Positions 49,521 through 58,923 of a stretch of DNA of 64,000 nucleotides are shown here, in pieces. Positions within the stretch are counted from its first letter, which is position 1. Each line of letters starts with the position of its first letter. The translations under genes and the position numbers were made by a program. Under the pieces are notes generated by a model. That model was given only the letters and a program-made list of their open reading frames with translations, was not told the origin of the DNA and ran no database searches. Source of the stretch: an uncultured Gammaproteobacteria bacterium (GTDB taxonomy: Bacteria > Patescibacteriota > Microgenomatia > UBA10105 > UBA927); the NCBI GenBank assembly GCA_964430295.1, contig CAYSEV010000002.1, forward strand, positions 7,024 through 71,023. The letters run 5' to 3'.

Positions 49521-50504
49521 ATGGATACAGATATATTTTGGAAACATAAAAAAGTACTGGTGACTGGAGGAACCGGTTTTATCGGTAGTCATCTGGTGGA
49601 AAAACTACTGGATGCAGGAGCTCAAGTTCGCGTGCTTGACAGGATGTCATCCGGAAAAATTCGTCACATTGGATATTTAGAAAATTCAGTAGAGTTTATA
49701 AAGGGGGATTGTTCGAACTCCGATGATGCAGTGCGAGCATGTAAAGGTATTGATGTTGTTATGAATCTTGCCGCTAAAGTAGGCGGTATTGAATATAACA
49801 TGTCTCACCAGGCAGATATGTTGGCGGAAAATATGGCAATCTCATCAACCATGATCGCATCTGCGCAGAAAGCGGGAGTGGATCGATATTTAGTAGTATC
49901 GTCCGCTTGTGTGTACCCGCATGACGCAAAGATTCCAACACCTGAATCCGAAGGAATGCGCAGTGAGCCTGAACCTACAAATAGCGGGTACGGCTGGGCA
50001 AAAAGATTTAGTGAAATCGAGGGTCAGCTGTATTCAAAGCAATATGGCATGAAGGTTGCGATAGCCAGACCTTATAACGCCTATGGGCCGAGAGATGATT
50101 TTAATCCTGCCACATCACATGTGATTCCTGCATTAATACGAAGGGTTATGAGTAACGAAGACCCGGTCATAGTGTGGGGAAGCGGAAAACAATCACGGGC
50201 ATTTCTTTATGTGGAAGACTTTGCAAAAGGTCTTATGCTGATGATAGAAAAATATACAAATGCGGACCCGGTAAATATTGGATCAGATGAAGAGGTGACA
50301 ATAAAAGATTTGATTGAGATGATAGTAAGCTTATCCGGTAAGAAAAAAACAATTATGTATGACACATCGAAACCTGATGGAAGTCCCAGAAGAAATAGTG
50401 ATAATACAAAAGCACAGGTATGTACAGGATTTTCAGCTTCGACACCTCTGAGGGTGGGGTTACAAAAAACCATTGAATGGTATAACGCTTCGTTTCATAT
50501 ATAA
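49521..50504 (+). CDS. Fcl/ColC-like NAD(P)-dependent nucleotide-sugar epimerase/reductase (GDP-L-fucose synthase family, SDR)
   Basis: VLVTGGTGFIGSH Rossmann. NLAAKVGGIEYN, SSACVYP, YGWAK (YxxxK) and ARPYNAYGPRDDF blocks match GDP-fucose synthase / GDP-colitose synthase. Confidence 0.65.
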   Translation: MDTDIFWKHKKVLVTGGTGFIGSHLVEKLLDAGAQVRVLDRMSSGKIRHIGYLENSVEFIKGDCSNSDDAVRACKGIDVVMNLAAKVGGIEYNMSHQADMLAENMAISSTMIASAQKAGVDRYLVVSSACVYPHDAKIPTPESEGMRSEPEPTNSGYGWAKRFSEIEGQLYSKQYGMKVAIARPYNAYGPRDDFNPATSHVIPALIRRVMSNEDPVIVWGSGKQSRAFLYVEDFAKGLMLMIEKYTNADPVNIGSDEEVTIKDLIEMIVSLSGKKKTIMYDTSKPDGSPRRNSDNTKAQVCTGFSASTPLRVGLQKTIEWYNASFHI

Positions 50505-50513
50505 ATATATACT

Positions 50514-51593
50514 GTGGTAAAAAAAATAACGCATCACTCTGTAGATTTTTCTGTAGTAATTCCCACATATAATCGAAGTGAGTTTTTGAAATCAGCAATC
50601 TTATCTGTATTGCGGCAACGGGGAGTAAAGTTGGAAATTGTCATATGTGATGACGCCTCTACTGACGAAACCGGAACAATAGTTCGATCATTTAAAGATG
50701 GAAGAATTAAGTATTATAGAAATTCTACGCGCCGCGGGACGTCGATGAATTTTCTAAACTGTTTTAAATATGCAAGAGGAAACTATATTTTTAATTTGGG
50801 AGACGATGATCTGATATTGGATGATACTACACTTCTGCGAGTGCTGAGGACAATGAAACAAACCGGATCGGGTATGGGTAAAATTGGGACGATTACATAT
50901 GAACGTTCTGTTTTTTATCCGTATCAGGTATCCGCTTTAAGCGAAAAACCGTTTCAAGTATCTCCTAAATCCAAACAAAATATTTTGATAGATACTATTC
51001 CTTTCGGATTGGGCTTTTATTCAGGGCTAATATTCAACAACAAATTGGTAAACAAATCATATCTTATTATGGATCATGTTTGTTTCCCTGATCATATGTG
51101 TCATTCTTACCATAAGATTGCATATGATCTCATTCTTAAAAGGGGGATTATTTATATTCCAAATGAATTTATACTTTCTCATTTGAGTGTGGATTTAATC
51201 CCGCGATATTTTAATATAGAAAAGCATGGACGTATATATTGGGAAGATCCTATAAATGAAGCAAAATCATTTTTGTCAGATAAAGATTTTGCCTCATATG
51301 CTCGTGCATATACCAGATCTCAACTTGTGATGCTTCCAAATATAAAATATTTTACATCGTATGCTGTTTATGTTCGCACACTTAAAAAAATAATTCAGAA
51401 TGATCTGACTCTTATATACTATCCGTATTTTATTATTTGGGCGATCGCAGGCCTTTTGCCAAAAACGATGATAGGATTTATGAGAAAAATAAAAAACCGG
51501 ATGTCGATGTATTCAACCAAGAGGCAATTAGAGAATATTCACTATGGTGAGAAAATCAGAAAACTACTCACTGCTATTTCTAAAGATAGCTGA
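50514..51593 (+). CDS. GT2 glycosyltransferase
   Basis: FSVVIPTYNRSEFLKSAILSVLRQRGVKLEIVICDDASTDET...GDDD motifs. Confidence 0.7.
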   Translation: MVKKITHHSVDFSVVIPTYNRSEFLKSAILSVLRQRGVKLEIVICDDASTDETGTIVRSFKDGRIKYYRNSTRRGTSMNFLNCFKYARGNYIFNLGDDDLILDDTTLLRVLRTMKQTGSGMGKIGTITYERSVFYPYQVSALSEKPFQVSPKSKQNILIDTIPFGLGFYSGLIFNNKLVNKSYLIMDHVCFPDHMCHSYHKIAYDLILKRGIIYIPNEFILSHLSVDLIPRYFNIEKHGRIYWEDPINEAKSFLSDKDFASYARAYTRSQLVMLPNIKYFTSYAVYVRTLKKIIQNDLTLIYYPYFIIWAIAGLLPKTMIGFMRKIKNRMSMYSTKRQLENIHYGEKIRKLLTAISKDS

Positions 51594-51594
51594 A

Positions 51595-52320
51595 TTAATG
51601 TTTCAGCATTTTATCTATTCCTGAAAAGTCAATCAGATTTAGTATCTGTTCTCTATTCTTAACAAAATAATTCCAATCTAAGCTATTGTAATGAACTTTT
51701 TTTAGTATTTTCTTCTGTTTTCTTTTTTGAAGTACCGAGCAACAAAATCCTTTTACTGTAAAAACTCTTATATCCTGCCTATTCATTCGTATATTTGCCA
51801 CAGATTTCCAGACGTCACCGTTGTATGCTTTTCCTACCAGTGATGTTGTATGTGAAGCGTTATGAGGGTAGGAAATACTTTTAAGATATGATAGTGTCTG
51901 CTCGATATCAATCTCACAGGCTTCCTTGGTTGGTGGATCTGTGTCATGAAGGACTATATATCCACCTTTCTTTAATATCTTGAAAGCCTCATCAATTTCG
52001 TTATCAACGATTAGTGATAGATGTGCCGCATCTATGAATATGACATCATAAGATTTATGAAAAAAAAGTTTATTTAGGGCAAAAAACATTTGAGATGTCA
52101 TCCTGTATGTAACATCATATGTTCCATATGGATCAACACCATCTTTCATGGGACTGTTGATTTTTTTATATGTTCTTCCCTGATCAACCCCGATTTCCAA
52201 GTAAGAGGTTGGTTTATGGAAGGTAGAAAGAAGATGATTACAAAGTATTGCCTGTTCTGTTACATATTGATCTGTCAAAAAATAGTATTTTTCTTTTATT
52301 AATTTAAAAATATTGTTCAT
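51595..52320 (-). CDS. Class I SAM-dependent methyltransferase (CmcI/Methyltransf_24-like, probable sugar O-methyltransferase)
   Basis: YLEIGVDQG, VIFIDAAH and GGYIVLHDT blocks. It is the only minus-strand gene in the distal locus and ends 1 nt from the convergent upstream stop. Confidence 0.55.
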   Translation of the reverse strand: MNNIFKLIKEKYYFLTDQYVTEQAILCNHLLSTFHKPTSYLEIGVDQGRTYKKINSPMKDGVDPYGTYDVTYRMTSQMFFALNKLFFHKSYDVIFIDAAHLSLIVDNEIDEAFKILKKGGYIVLHDTDPPTKEACEIDIEQTLSYLKSISYPHNASHTTSLVGKAYNGDVWKSVANIRMNRQDIRVFTVKGFCCSVLQKRKQKKILKKVHYNSLDWNYFVKNREQILNLIDFSGIDKMLKH

Positions 52321-52423
52321 AATTTATACAGGATAGTTGATATGTTATGTCATTTCAATATCTTTCGTGTTGGTCGCATCTTGTGAACAGCATAAAAGAT
52401 GAGTATTATTAACCGGCTATTAT

Positions 52424-53551
52424 ATGAAACAAAGAATAATATATTTATTTATCGGAACGACCGCTGAACTTATTAAACTTGTTCCTGTTATCCGCGAATT
52501 CAAAAAACGTAAGATAACATTTACTATTATAGCCACCGGCCAAAATGATATAAGGTTCGAAGAATATGCCCGGATAATCAAGGGAGTAAGGATTTTGAAA
52601 GCCGTTACTCCAAAAAGTAAGGATTCATCTGTGTGGTCGTTCTTTATATGGGCTGTTCGCACATTTTTTTCTCTTCTTCTGGGAATGAGGTCTAACTTCA
52701 AAGGCCTAAATAAATCTAATTCCTACTTTATCATTCACGGTGATACAGTGTCCTCACTGATGGGATCACTTGTGGCATCATTGTATGGATTAAAACTTGT
52801 ACATATAGAATCAGGATTACGCTCATTTCATTTTTTTGAACCGTTTCCTGAAGAGATATCTCGGTATATTGTCTCACGACTGGCAGATATACATTTTTGC
52901 CCAAATGAATGGAGTGTCAAAAATCTTTCCTCGTATAAGGGAGATAAAGTAAATACCCACCAAAATACGCTGATTGAGGCTTTTTACAATGCAATGGAAC
53001 AAAAAATTAAAAATAATCAGATACATAAACTCATTCGAAAAAAACGAAAATATTTTGTCATGGTTATACACCGTCAGGAACATGTTTCTTTCGGATCGAA
53101 ATCAATGTATCCGATCCTCAGTCACATTTTTGCGCAAATTCCGGAAAATTTAGATTGTATTTTTTTGCTGCATGATCAGTCCAGAAATTTTATTAATATG
53201 TTTCAAATGATAATTCCTAAAGAAAAGATTAAGCGAATTATACGGATTGGAAGGCTTCCGTATACAGATTTTATGCATCTGTTACACAAATCGGAGTTTA
53301 TGATTACTGATGGGGGAAGTAATCAAGAGGAAATGTATTACATGGGCAAACCGTGTCTGCTGATCCGGAAATATACAGAGAGAATCGAAGGTCTAAAAGA
53401 AAACGTTATTTTAAGCAAGAACTCCAAAGAAATTACTTCGTCATTTATATCAAATTATAAATTTTTTGTGCGAAAACCTATTAGGATTAAAAAAGCTCCA
53501 TCAAAAATTATAGTGGATTACCTATTATCATATGACGAAATATCAGGGTAA
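52424..53551 (+). CDS. UDP-N-acetylglucosamine 2-epimerase family (Epimerase_2/WecB-like) protein, divergent
   Basis: IIYLFIGTTAELIKLVPVIREF resembles the WecB N-terminus (GTRPEAIKMAPL). FMITDGGSNQEEMYYMGKPCLLIRKYTER matches the TDSGG.QEE...GKP.L..R..TER block. Confidence 0.55.
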   Translation: MKQRIIYLFIGTTAELIKLVPVIREFKKRKITFTIIATGQNDIRFEEYARIIKGVRILKAVTPKSKDSSVWSFFIWAVRTFFSLLLGMRSNFKGLNKSNSYFIIHGDTVSSLMGSLVASLYGLKLVHIESGLRSFHFFEPFPEEISRYIVSRLADIHFCPNEWSVKNLSSYKGDKVNTHQNTLIEAFYNAMEQKIKNNQIHKLIRKKRKYFVMVIHRQEHVSFGSKSMYPILSHIFAQIPENLDCIFLLHDQSRNFINMFQMIIPKEKIKRIIRIGRLPYTDFMHLLHKSEFMITDGGSNQEEMYYMGKPCLLIRKYTERIEGLKENVILSKNSKEITSSFISNYKFFVRKPIRIKKAPSKIIVDYLLSYDEISG

Positions 53552-54263
53552 ATATTCTCTTTTAGACTGGGACAGTAAACTGTTCGGATATTCTGTAGCT
53601 AAAATACCGGAGACCATATCTGGCGCAGATGTATATGAAGTCATAGAATATCTAAGGAAAAAGCGGGTAAAACTAATCTATATCATAGGAAATCCATCAG
53701 ATAAAGGGCGTAATGCTGTAATTGCAAAGCTTGGAGGAAAACTGGTTGATATAAAACGGGTTTATTCCAGAAATATAGATATGTTTGAAGGTGAGAAATC
53801 GGATTTTCCTCAGATTTCTCCATATACGGATACGAAGGTGAATATCACGTTGCGCAAACTAGCATATCAAAGTGGAATCCACTCGAGATTTTTTATAGAC
53901 ACCAAATTTACGCATAACGAATACCGTAAATTGTACACAAAATGGATCGAAAAAGCAGTGCTCGGAATTAATGCATTTGAGGTGCTTGTATACAGAGATG
54001 AAGAGGGTGTAATAGGCGGATTTATAACTTTGGAGAAGGAAGGGACATCAGGAAAAGTCGGATTATTGGCTGTAGATCATACACTACGTCGTAAAAAAAT
54101 TGGATCAAAACTCCTTATGCGTTCATTTGATTCCTTTAGATCACACGGACTTAAACGTATGAGTATTACGACCCAAAAATCGAACGACCCTGCATGCCGA
54201 CTCTATGAAAAACACGGTTTTCATATCGTGTCTGAACAATATATATATCATCTCTGGCTATAA
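53532..54263 (+). CDS. GNAT-family N-acetyltransferase (WecD/TDP-fucosamine acetyltransferase-like two-domain layout)
   Basis: C-terminal VGLLAVDHTLRRKKIGSKLLMRSF...RLYEKHGF, a GNAT motif A/B arrangement. Confidence 0.55.
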   Translation: MTKYQGKYSLLDWDSKLFGYSVAKIPETISGADVYEVIEYLRKKRVKLIYIIGNPSDKGRNAVIAKLGGKLVDIKRVYSRNIDMFEGEKSDFPQISPYTDTKVNITLRKLAYQSGIHSRFFIDTKFTHNEYRKLYTKWIEKAVLGINAFEVLVYRDEEGVIGGFITLEKEGTSGKVGLLAVDHTLRRKKIGSKLLMRSFDSFRSHGLKRMSITTQKSNDPACRLYEKHGFHIVSEQYIYHLWL

Positions 54264-54361
54264 TGTACGTAAAATCATCGGATAACATCTGCAATTAGTG
54301 TAAATAATTTCATCTATAATTGAGTCTGTTTATGCGTTATAGAAGCATATATAATTATGCA

Positions 54362-55429
54362 ATGATCCCTCAACATATAAGCATCGTAATCGCAACATAT
54401 AATTCAGAGAAAACACTACCATTGGTTCTTGCCTCTATTAGAAATCAAACATATCCCAGAAAACATATAGAAATTGTAATAGTTGATGGAGGGTCTGTTG
54501 ATGCCACACTTCAAATTGCCCGACAATATAAATGCAAAATAATCCATAATCCAAATGTAGAACCGCTATACGCAAAATATCTTGGGTTTATTCATTCGAA
54601 AGGCAAATATATTGAGTATATTGATCATGATGAGGTTATTGTAAATGAAAATAGTATTCGTACCCGTATTCATATCTTTGAAAAATTTTCTGATGTAAAA
54701 GCCCTTACAGGTTGCGGCTATTATAGTCCAAGTGGATACCATATTATTAACAGTTATATAAGTGAATTTGGAGATCCCTTTTCCTTTTTTATGTATTCAT
54801 TAACAAAACATGCAGATTTTTTTATGTCGGTTATGAAATCCAGATATACAACGAGTCTGGATAATGATGAGTTTACGATATTTGATTTGAAGGGAAGTTC
54901 AGAAATGCCGCTTGTTGAGTTGGTAGCGGGTGGCGGGATGGTTGATCGTGCATATATGTTAAAAAATTTCCCGGAATTGAAAACAAAACAGTATCTTTTG
55001 CCGCATCTGTTATATCTGTTACTCCAAAAATCTACGATGTTGGCTATTACAAAACATGACCCGATAATACACTATTCTTCGGATACAATAAAAAGTTATA
55101 TGCATAAGCTTATATGGCGAATAAAAAATAATATATTTTTTAAAAAAACTACTGGAATTTCAGGATTTTCAGGTCGGATTGGCAGTAATACATTGAGAGT
55201 CAAATTACGTAAATTTTTATTTATTCCATACGCACTCAGTATTATTATTCCTTGTATAGATGCTATAAGGCTTATATTTTCCAGGAAAAATATCGGGTAT
55301 ATAATACACGTTCCGTTAACCTTTATAACTGCAGTGCTTATCATTTATTTTTCATTTTTAAAGCTATTTGGAATTCAGATGCAGCTTCAAAATTATGATG
55401 GAACCGTCAGAGCATATGAACATGCGTAA
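54362..55429 (+). CDS. GT2 glycosyltransferase with C-terminal membrane anchor (paralog of 45524)
   Basis: MIPQHISIVIATYNSEKTLPLVLASIRNQTYPRKHIEIVIVDGGSVDAT. C-terminal FIPYALSIIIPCIDAIRLIF helices parallel LFVPYAITIVAPTINSIYNAV in 45524. The listed TTG start at 54320 is less likely. Confidence 0.65.
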   Translation: MIPQHISIVIATYNSEKTLPLVLASIRNQTYPRKHIEIVIVDGGSVDATLQIARQYKCKIIHNPNVEPLYAKYLGFIHSKGKYIEYIDHDEVIVNENSIRTRIHIFEKFSDVKALTGCGYYSPSGYHIINSYISEFGDPFSFFMYSLTKHADFFMSVMKSRYTTSLDNDEFTIFDLKGSSEMPLVELVAGGGMVDRAYMLKNFPELKTKQYLLPHLLYLLLQKSTMLAITKHDPIIHYSSDTIKSYMHKLIWRIKNNIFFKKTTGISGFSGRIGSNTLRVKLRKFLFIPYALSIIIPCIDAIRLIFSRKNIGYIIHVPLTFITAVLIIYFSFLKLFGIQMQLQNYDGTVRAYEHA

Positions 55430-57671
55430 TTCCAACAAAATTTCATATAGTCAAATTATCGTATATCTTTGTGCTCTCGTGTTGTTCTTAATTCCTTTTT
55501 TTTGGTTTGAACCAGGGTATATAAATCTTGGTGGAGATGGCGGAAGACTTTATTTCTTGGATCCGTTGGCTGTTGCGAAAAGCGCTTTAAACTACACTAA
55601 TTCCGCCTATGGATATTCTTTTTCGTTCATCCCGTATCTTTATTTTTTGTATAGTATGCTTCAGGTTCTGCGGACACCAACAAATCTGATTGCCTTTGAA
55701 CACGGATTAAATTTATCTCTAAGCTTTTTATACATTGTCTTAATTCTCAGAGTATTTCTTTCAAACCATAAATATAAAAATCGTGTAATTATAAATGACT
55801 CTATAGGAATAACTGCGGGTGTTGCATATATTTCACTCATTACAAAAACCGGATGGCCTGTGGCGCTTCCGACACTAAATCAGATATTTTTAAACGTGAT
55901 GATTTTTTACCATATGCTTCAATATATACGCACATCGAAATTCAGACATCTAATTTCTATATGTCTTGTCACACTGGTGTTTTCAATTAATTTCGGATTG
56001 GGAAATGCGCCGCAATTGCTGTCTTTTTATCCGCTATCTCTGATATTTATTTATATCTATACGAGATATATAGAAAACATTCCGTTTCAATGGAAGAATA
56101 TATTTATACTGATACTAACGTTGGTGGGTATTCACAGTTTTCACATATTTCCAATTCTTATGTCTCTGTTTAATTCATCAAGCATAGTTCATTCTCAGGT
56201 CTTTAGCGAATCTGTGATAAAAAATGCGGGATTATTCTATTTTACTGAAAATCATGCGGCATCAGGAAAAATAAGCCGGGAATTATTTCAGTGGTGGCTT
56301 AGCAAAGATATATTGATTTATATCTTGCCTATCACAATCGTCGGCGGATTCTTATCCGGAAAATCAAAATTACTACTGTTACTTGGAAGCATGTTTTTGG
56401 GCACATTATTTCTAGTCTCTGCGAATATTACTGAAATAGGGGTGAAATTATATACATTATTTTTCTATATCCCGGGCTTTTCCATGTTTCGATCATTTAA
56501 TGAAAAGTGGTTTTATGTATTTGCATTTTATTATGTACTGTTATTTGGAATGTCACTGTATTATATGCTCAGAAGAAGACATATATGTTCTGTCATTTCC
56601 GTTTCGTTCATACTAACGTCATTGTTTATTTATCGATTGCTCCCATTTTTCAAAGGTGATGTTGTCCATTCCACGTTGTATATGTCCAATGGCGTATCAA
56701 GCGTTTTTACGGTTGATCCTGATTTAGTGGATAGTTTGTTATATGTTAAAAAACTTCCGAAAGACGGAAAAGTATTGACACTTCCGTTAACATTTCCATA
56801 CTTCCAAATATCGTATGGACAAAAGGGTGGTGCGTATGAAGGGATTTCGATGGTATCGAATATTGCCAACAGACAGGACTTTGCAGGGTTATGGTCATTC
56901 GGACCGTACGAGAAGCCAATGATAGAAGCCATACTATCAAAGGATTTTAATCAGATTAGACAGATACTTTCAATGCTCAATGTTCGATATATTTATAGGA
57001 ACTCTGATGACAGGGTTATGGACCGTTTTCCGAAATACCCATATGTGCCTATAAAAACATTTGAATCTAAAGATGATATACCCGCGATTAAAAATCAACG
57101 TGCATATGACGATTTTTTATCAGGTCTGCATGCAAAATTAATCTATCAAAAGGGGTTTTATAGCATATATGAACTCGATCAGCACATTGTTAGGCCACTT
57201 ATATATATTCCGGATTATATAAAAAGCACGGCAGATTACTCCGATACCAACTCGTTTTCATGGGCTTTTTTAGATACCCGTGATTGCAGAAAAATTTCAT
57301 GCGATGCGACAATATCCGGGATACCGAATATTTCATACACAAAAAAAAGTGAAACATTGTATGAAATTACCCTTGATATATCAAAACAAAAAAAACCGTT
57401 TCTTTTGGTGTTTACGCAGCCATATGTGTCTGATGTGCAGCTTTCACTGGATGAAAAAACGATTCAAAATACTTCAGATCATATTCTGGTGAATAATTAC
57501 GCTAACGGGTGGGTCATATATCCGGAAAAATATTCGTCAAATAAACGGTTGAAGGGTTTCATATACTTGCGTTCAATACGTAATGCATATATAGGAAGTA
57601 TTGTGTCCTTGATTTTTGTTTTTCTTGTACTGGCAGCATTTGTATTTTCGTACAAATATAAAAAATTATGA
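55416..57671 (+). CDS. Large polytopic membrane protein, unrecognised family (putative GT-C-like transferase or polymerase), paralog 1 of 3
   Basis: About 750 aa. N-terminal TM then FEPGYINLGGDGGRLYFLDP motif, many TM helices, then a large C-terminal soluble domain and a final TM anchor. The start is ambiguous (55395-55422). Confidence 0.5.
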   Translation: MNMRNSNKISYSQIIVYLCALVLFLIPFFWFEPGYINLGGDGGRLYFLDPLAVAKSALNYTNSAYGYSFSFIPYLYFLYSMLQVLRTPTNLIAFEHGLNLSLSFLYIVLILRVFLSNHKYKNRVIINDSIGITAGVAYISLITKTGWPVALPTLNQIFLNVMIFYHMLQYIRTSKFRHLISICLVTLVFSINFGLGNAPQLLSFYPLSLIFIYIYTRYIENIPFQWKNIFILILTLVGIHSFHIFPILMSLFNSSSIVHSQVFSESVIKNAGLFYFTENHAASGKISRELFQWWLSKDILIYILPITIVGGFLSGKSKLLLLLGSMFLGTLFLVSANITEIGVKLYTLFFYIPGFSMFRSFNEKWFYVFAFYYVLLFGMSLYYMLRRRHICSVISVSFILTSLFIYRLLPFFKGDVVHSTLYMSNGVSSVFTVDPDLVDSLLYVKKLPKDGKVLTLPLTFPYFQISYGQKGGAYEGISMVSNIANRQDFAGLWSFGPYEKPMIEAILSKDFNQIRQILSMLNVRYIYRNSDDRVMDRFPKYPYVPIKTFESKDDIPAIKNQRAYDDFLSGLHAKLIYQKGFYSIYELDQHIVRPLIYIPDYIKSTADYSDTNSFSWAFLDTRDCRKISCDATISGIPNISYTKKSETLYEITLDISKQKKPFLLVFTQPYVSDVQLSLDEKTIQNTSDHILVNNYANGWVIYPEKYSSNKRLKGFIYLRSIRNAYIGSIVSLIFVFLVLAAFVFSYKYKKL

Positions 57672-57997
57672 AATATCCCATGCATCGTTTCATGATATCG
57701 CTCTTATCTGTCTCGTTTTTTTTTCTGATATTTTTCCTCGATGTAAAACATTTTTTCTCTTTTTCTGATGTCGCATTTATTGTGGCGATTTGTACCTATG
57801 TATTCTTTATAAATTTAGAGCGATATTCTTCGAAATTCACCTTTATTCTTACTATATATTTTGTTCTAATTATGGGAGTTTCATATCTGCAAAACGGATT
57901 TGATACAATAACAGAACGAATCGGTGAGTGGTTTTACATTTTTTTTGCCATAGGACTGATACAATACTCCCGTGAATTAAAAGATACGGATATATGA
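57668..57997 (+). CDS. Small 3-4 TM membrane protein (possibly GtrA-like polyprenol-P-sugar flippase subunit)
   Basis: 109 aa. FFINLERYSSKFTF loosely resembles the GtrA [FY]..N[RK]..TF motif. ATGA overlap with the upstream gene. Weak call. Confidence 0.35.
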   Translation: MKYPMHRFMISLLSVSFFFLIFFLDVKHFFSFSDVAFIVAICTYVFFINLERYSSKFTFILTIYFVLIMGVSYLQNGFDTITERIGEWFYIFFAIGLIQYSRELKDTDI

Positions 57998-58920
57998 AAT
58001 GCATAATTTGTACTTCTACTGATTGGAAATATTTATTTGATTCAAGAGATCGGATGTTTGATATGGGGGGAAAATTTTCCATGTTTAAATGTCTCTCATG
58101 CGGGTTTGCCCGATTATCTCCAAAACCTACAAACAAGCAACTTAAAAAATATTACCCTTCTTCAAATTATTACTCATATGGTGAAAATGAGAATTTAAGC
58201 TTCTTCGGAAAACTTCGCAGATATTTGGTGCTTCATTATTATCATCCGGATTTAGTATCCCGGATTATAAGTTTATTTCTTCATGTTCCTGCAATGCCTT
58301 CATTTATTGCACATGGAAAGATTATGGACATAGGGTGCGGCAGTGGGGAAACGCTGCTGCTTCTTAAGGAATCAGGATGGGATGTATTTGGTATGGATAT
58401 AGATACAAACGCCATCAAGGTTGCAAAAAAAAGAGGGTTGAAGAATGTTCATATAGGGACATATGAAAGTCTCAATGAATACAAAGATAATTATTTTGAT
58501 GCCATACGTATGTATCACGTAATAGAGCATATAGATGATCCGATTAATTGCATGCGCCTTGCATACAAAAAACTTAAAAAAGGCGGAGAGATTATTATAG
58601 GTACTCCCAATATATCAAGTTTTATAGCATCGCTTATGAAACAATATTGGTATAATCTGGATAGTCCCAGACACTTGTACCTATTTTCTCCATATACGTT
58701 GACAAGAATAGCTCAAGTGAGTGAGTTTAAGGATTGTAGAATCCGTTTTTCTTCCGCCGGGGGAATTATAGGCAGCATCCAATATCTTATACGCGAATAT
58801 ACTTCATCTCATATTGATTTGGTCAATAGGCCACTGTTAATACTTATGCTGTATCCTTTTGAAAAATTATTGGATTTTTTCAAAAAAGGCGATGTGATAA
58901 TCTTATCCGCAAAAAAATAA
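57994..58920 (+). CDS. Class I SAM-dependent methyltransferase with N-terminal Cys4 zinc-ribbon
   Basis: CIICTSTDW...FKCLSCGF (C-x2-C...C-x2-C), then the MDIGCGSGETLLLL motif I and DAIRMYHVIEHIDDP. Confidence 0.65.
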   Translation: MKCIICTSTDWKYLFDSRDRMFDMGGKFSMFKCLSCGFARLSPKPTNKQLKKYYPSSNYYSYGENENLSFFGKLRRYLVLHYYHPDLVSRIISLFLHVPAMPSFIAHGKIMDIGCGSGETLLLLKESGWDVFGMDIDTNAIKVAKKRGLKNVHIGTYESLNEYKDNYFDAIRMYHVIEHIDDPINCMRLAYKKLKKGGEIIIGTPNISSFIASLMKQYWYNLDSPRHLYLFSPYTLTRIAQVSEFKDCRIRFSSAGGIIGSIQYLIREYTSSHIDLVNRPLLILMLYPFEKLLDFFKKGDVIILSAKK

Positions 58921-58923
58921 ATA

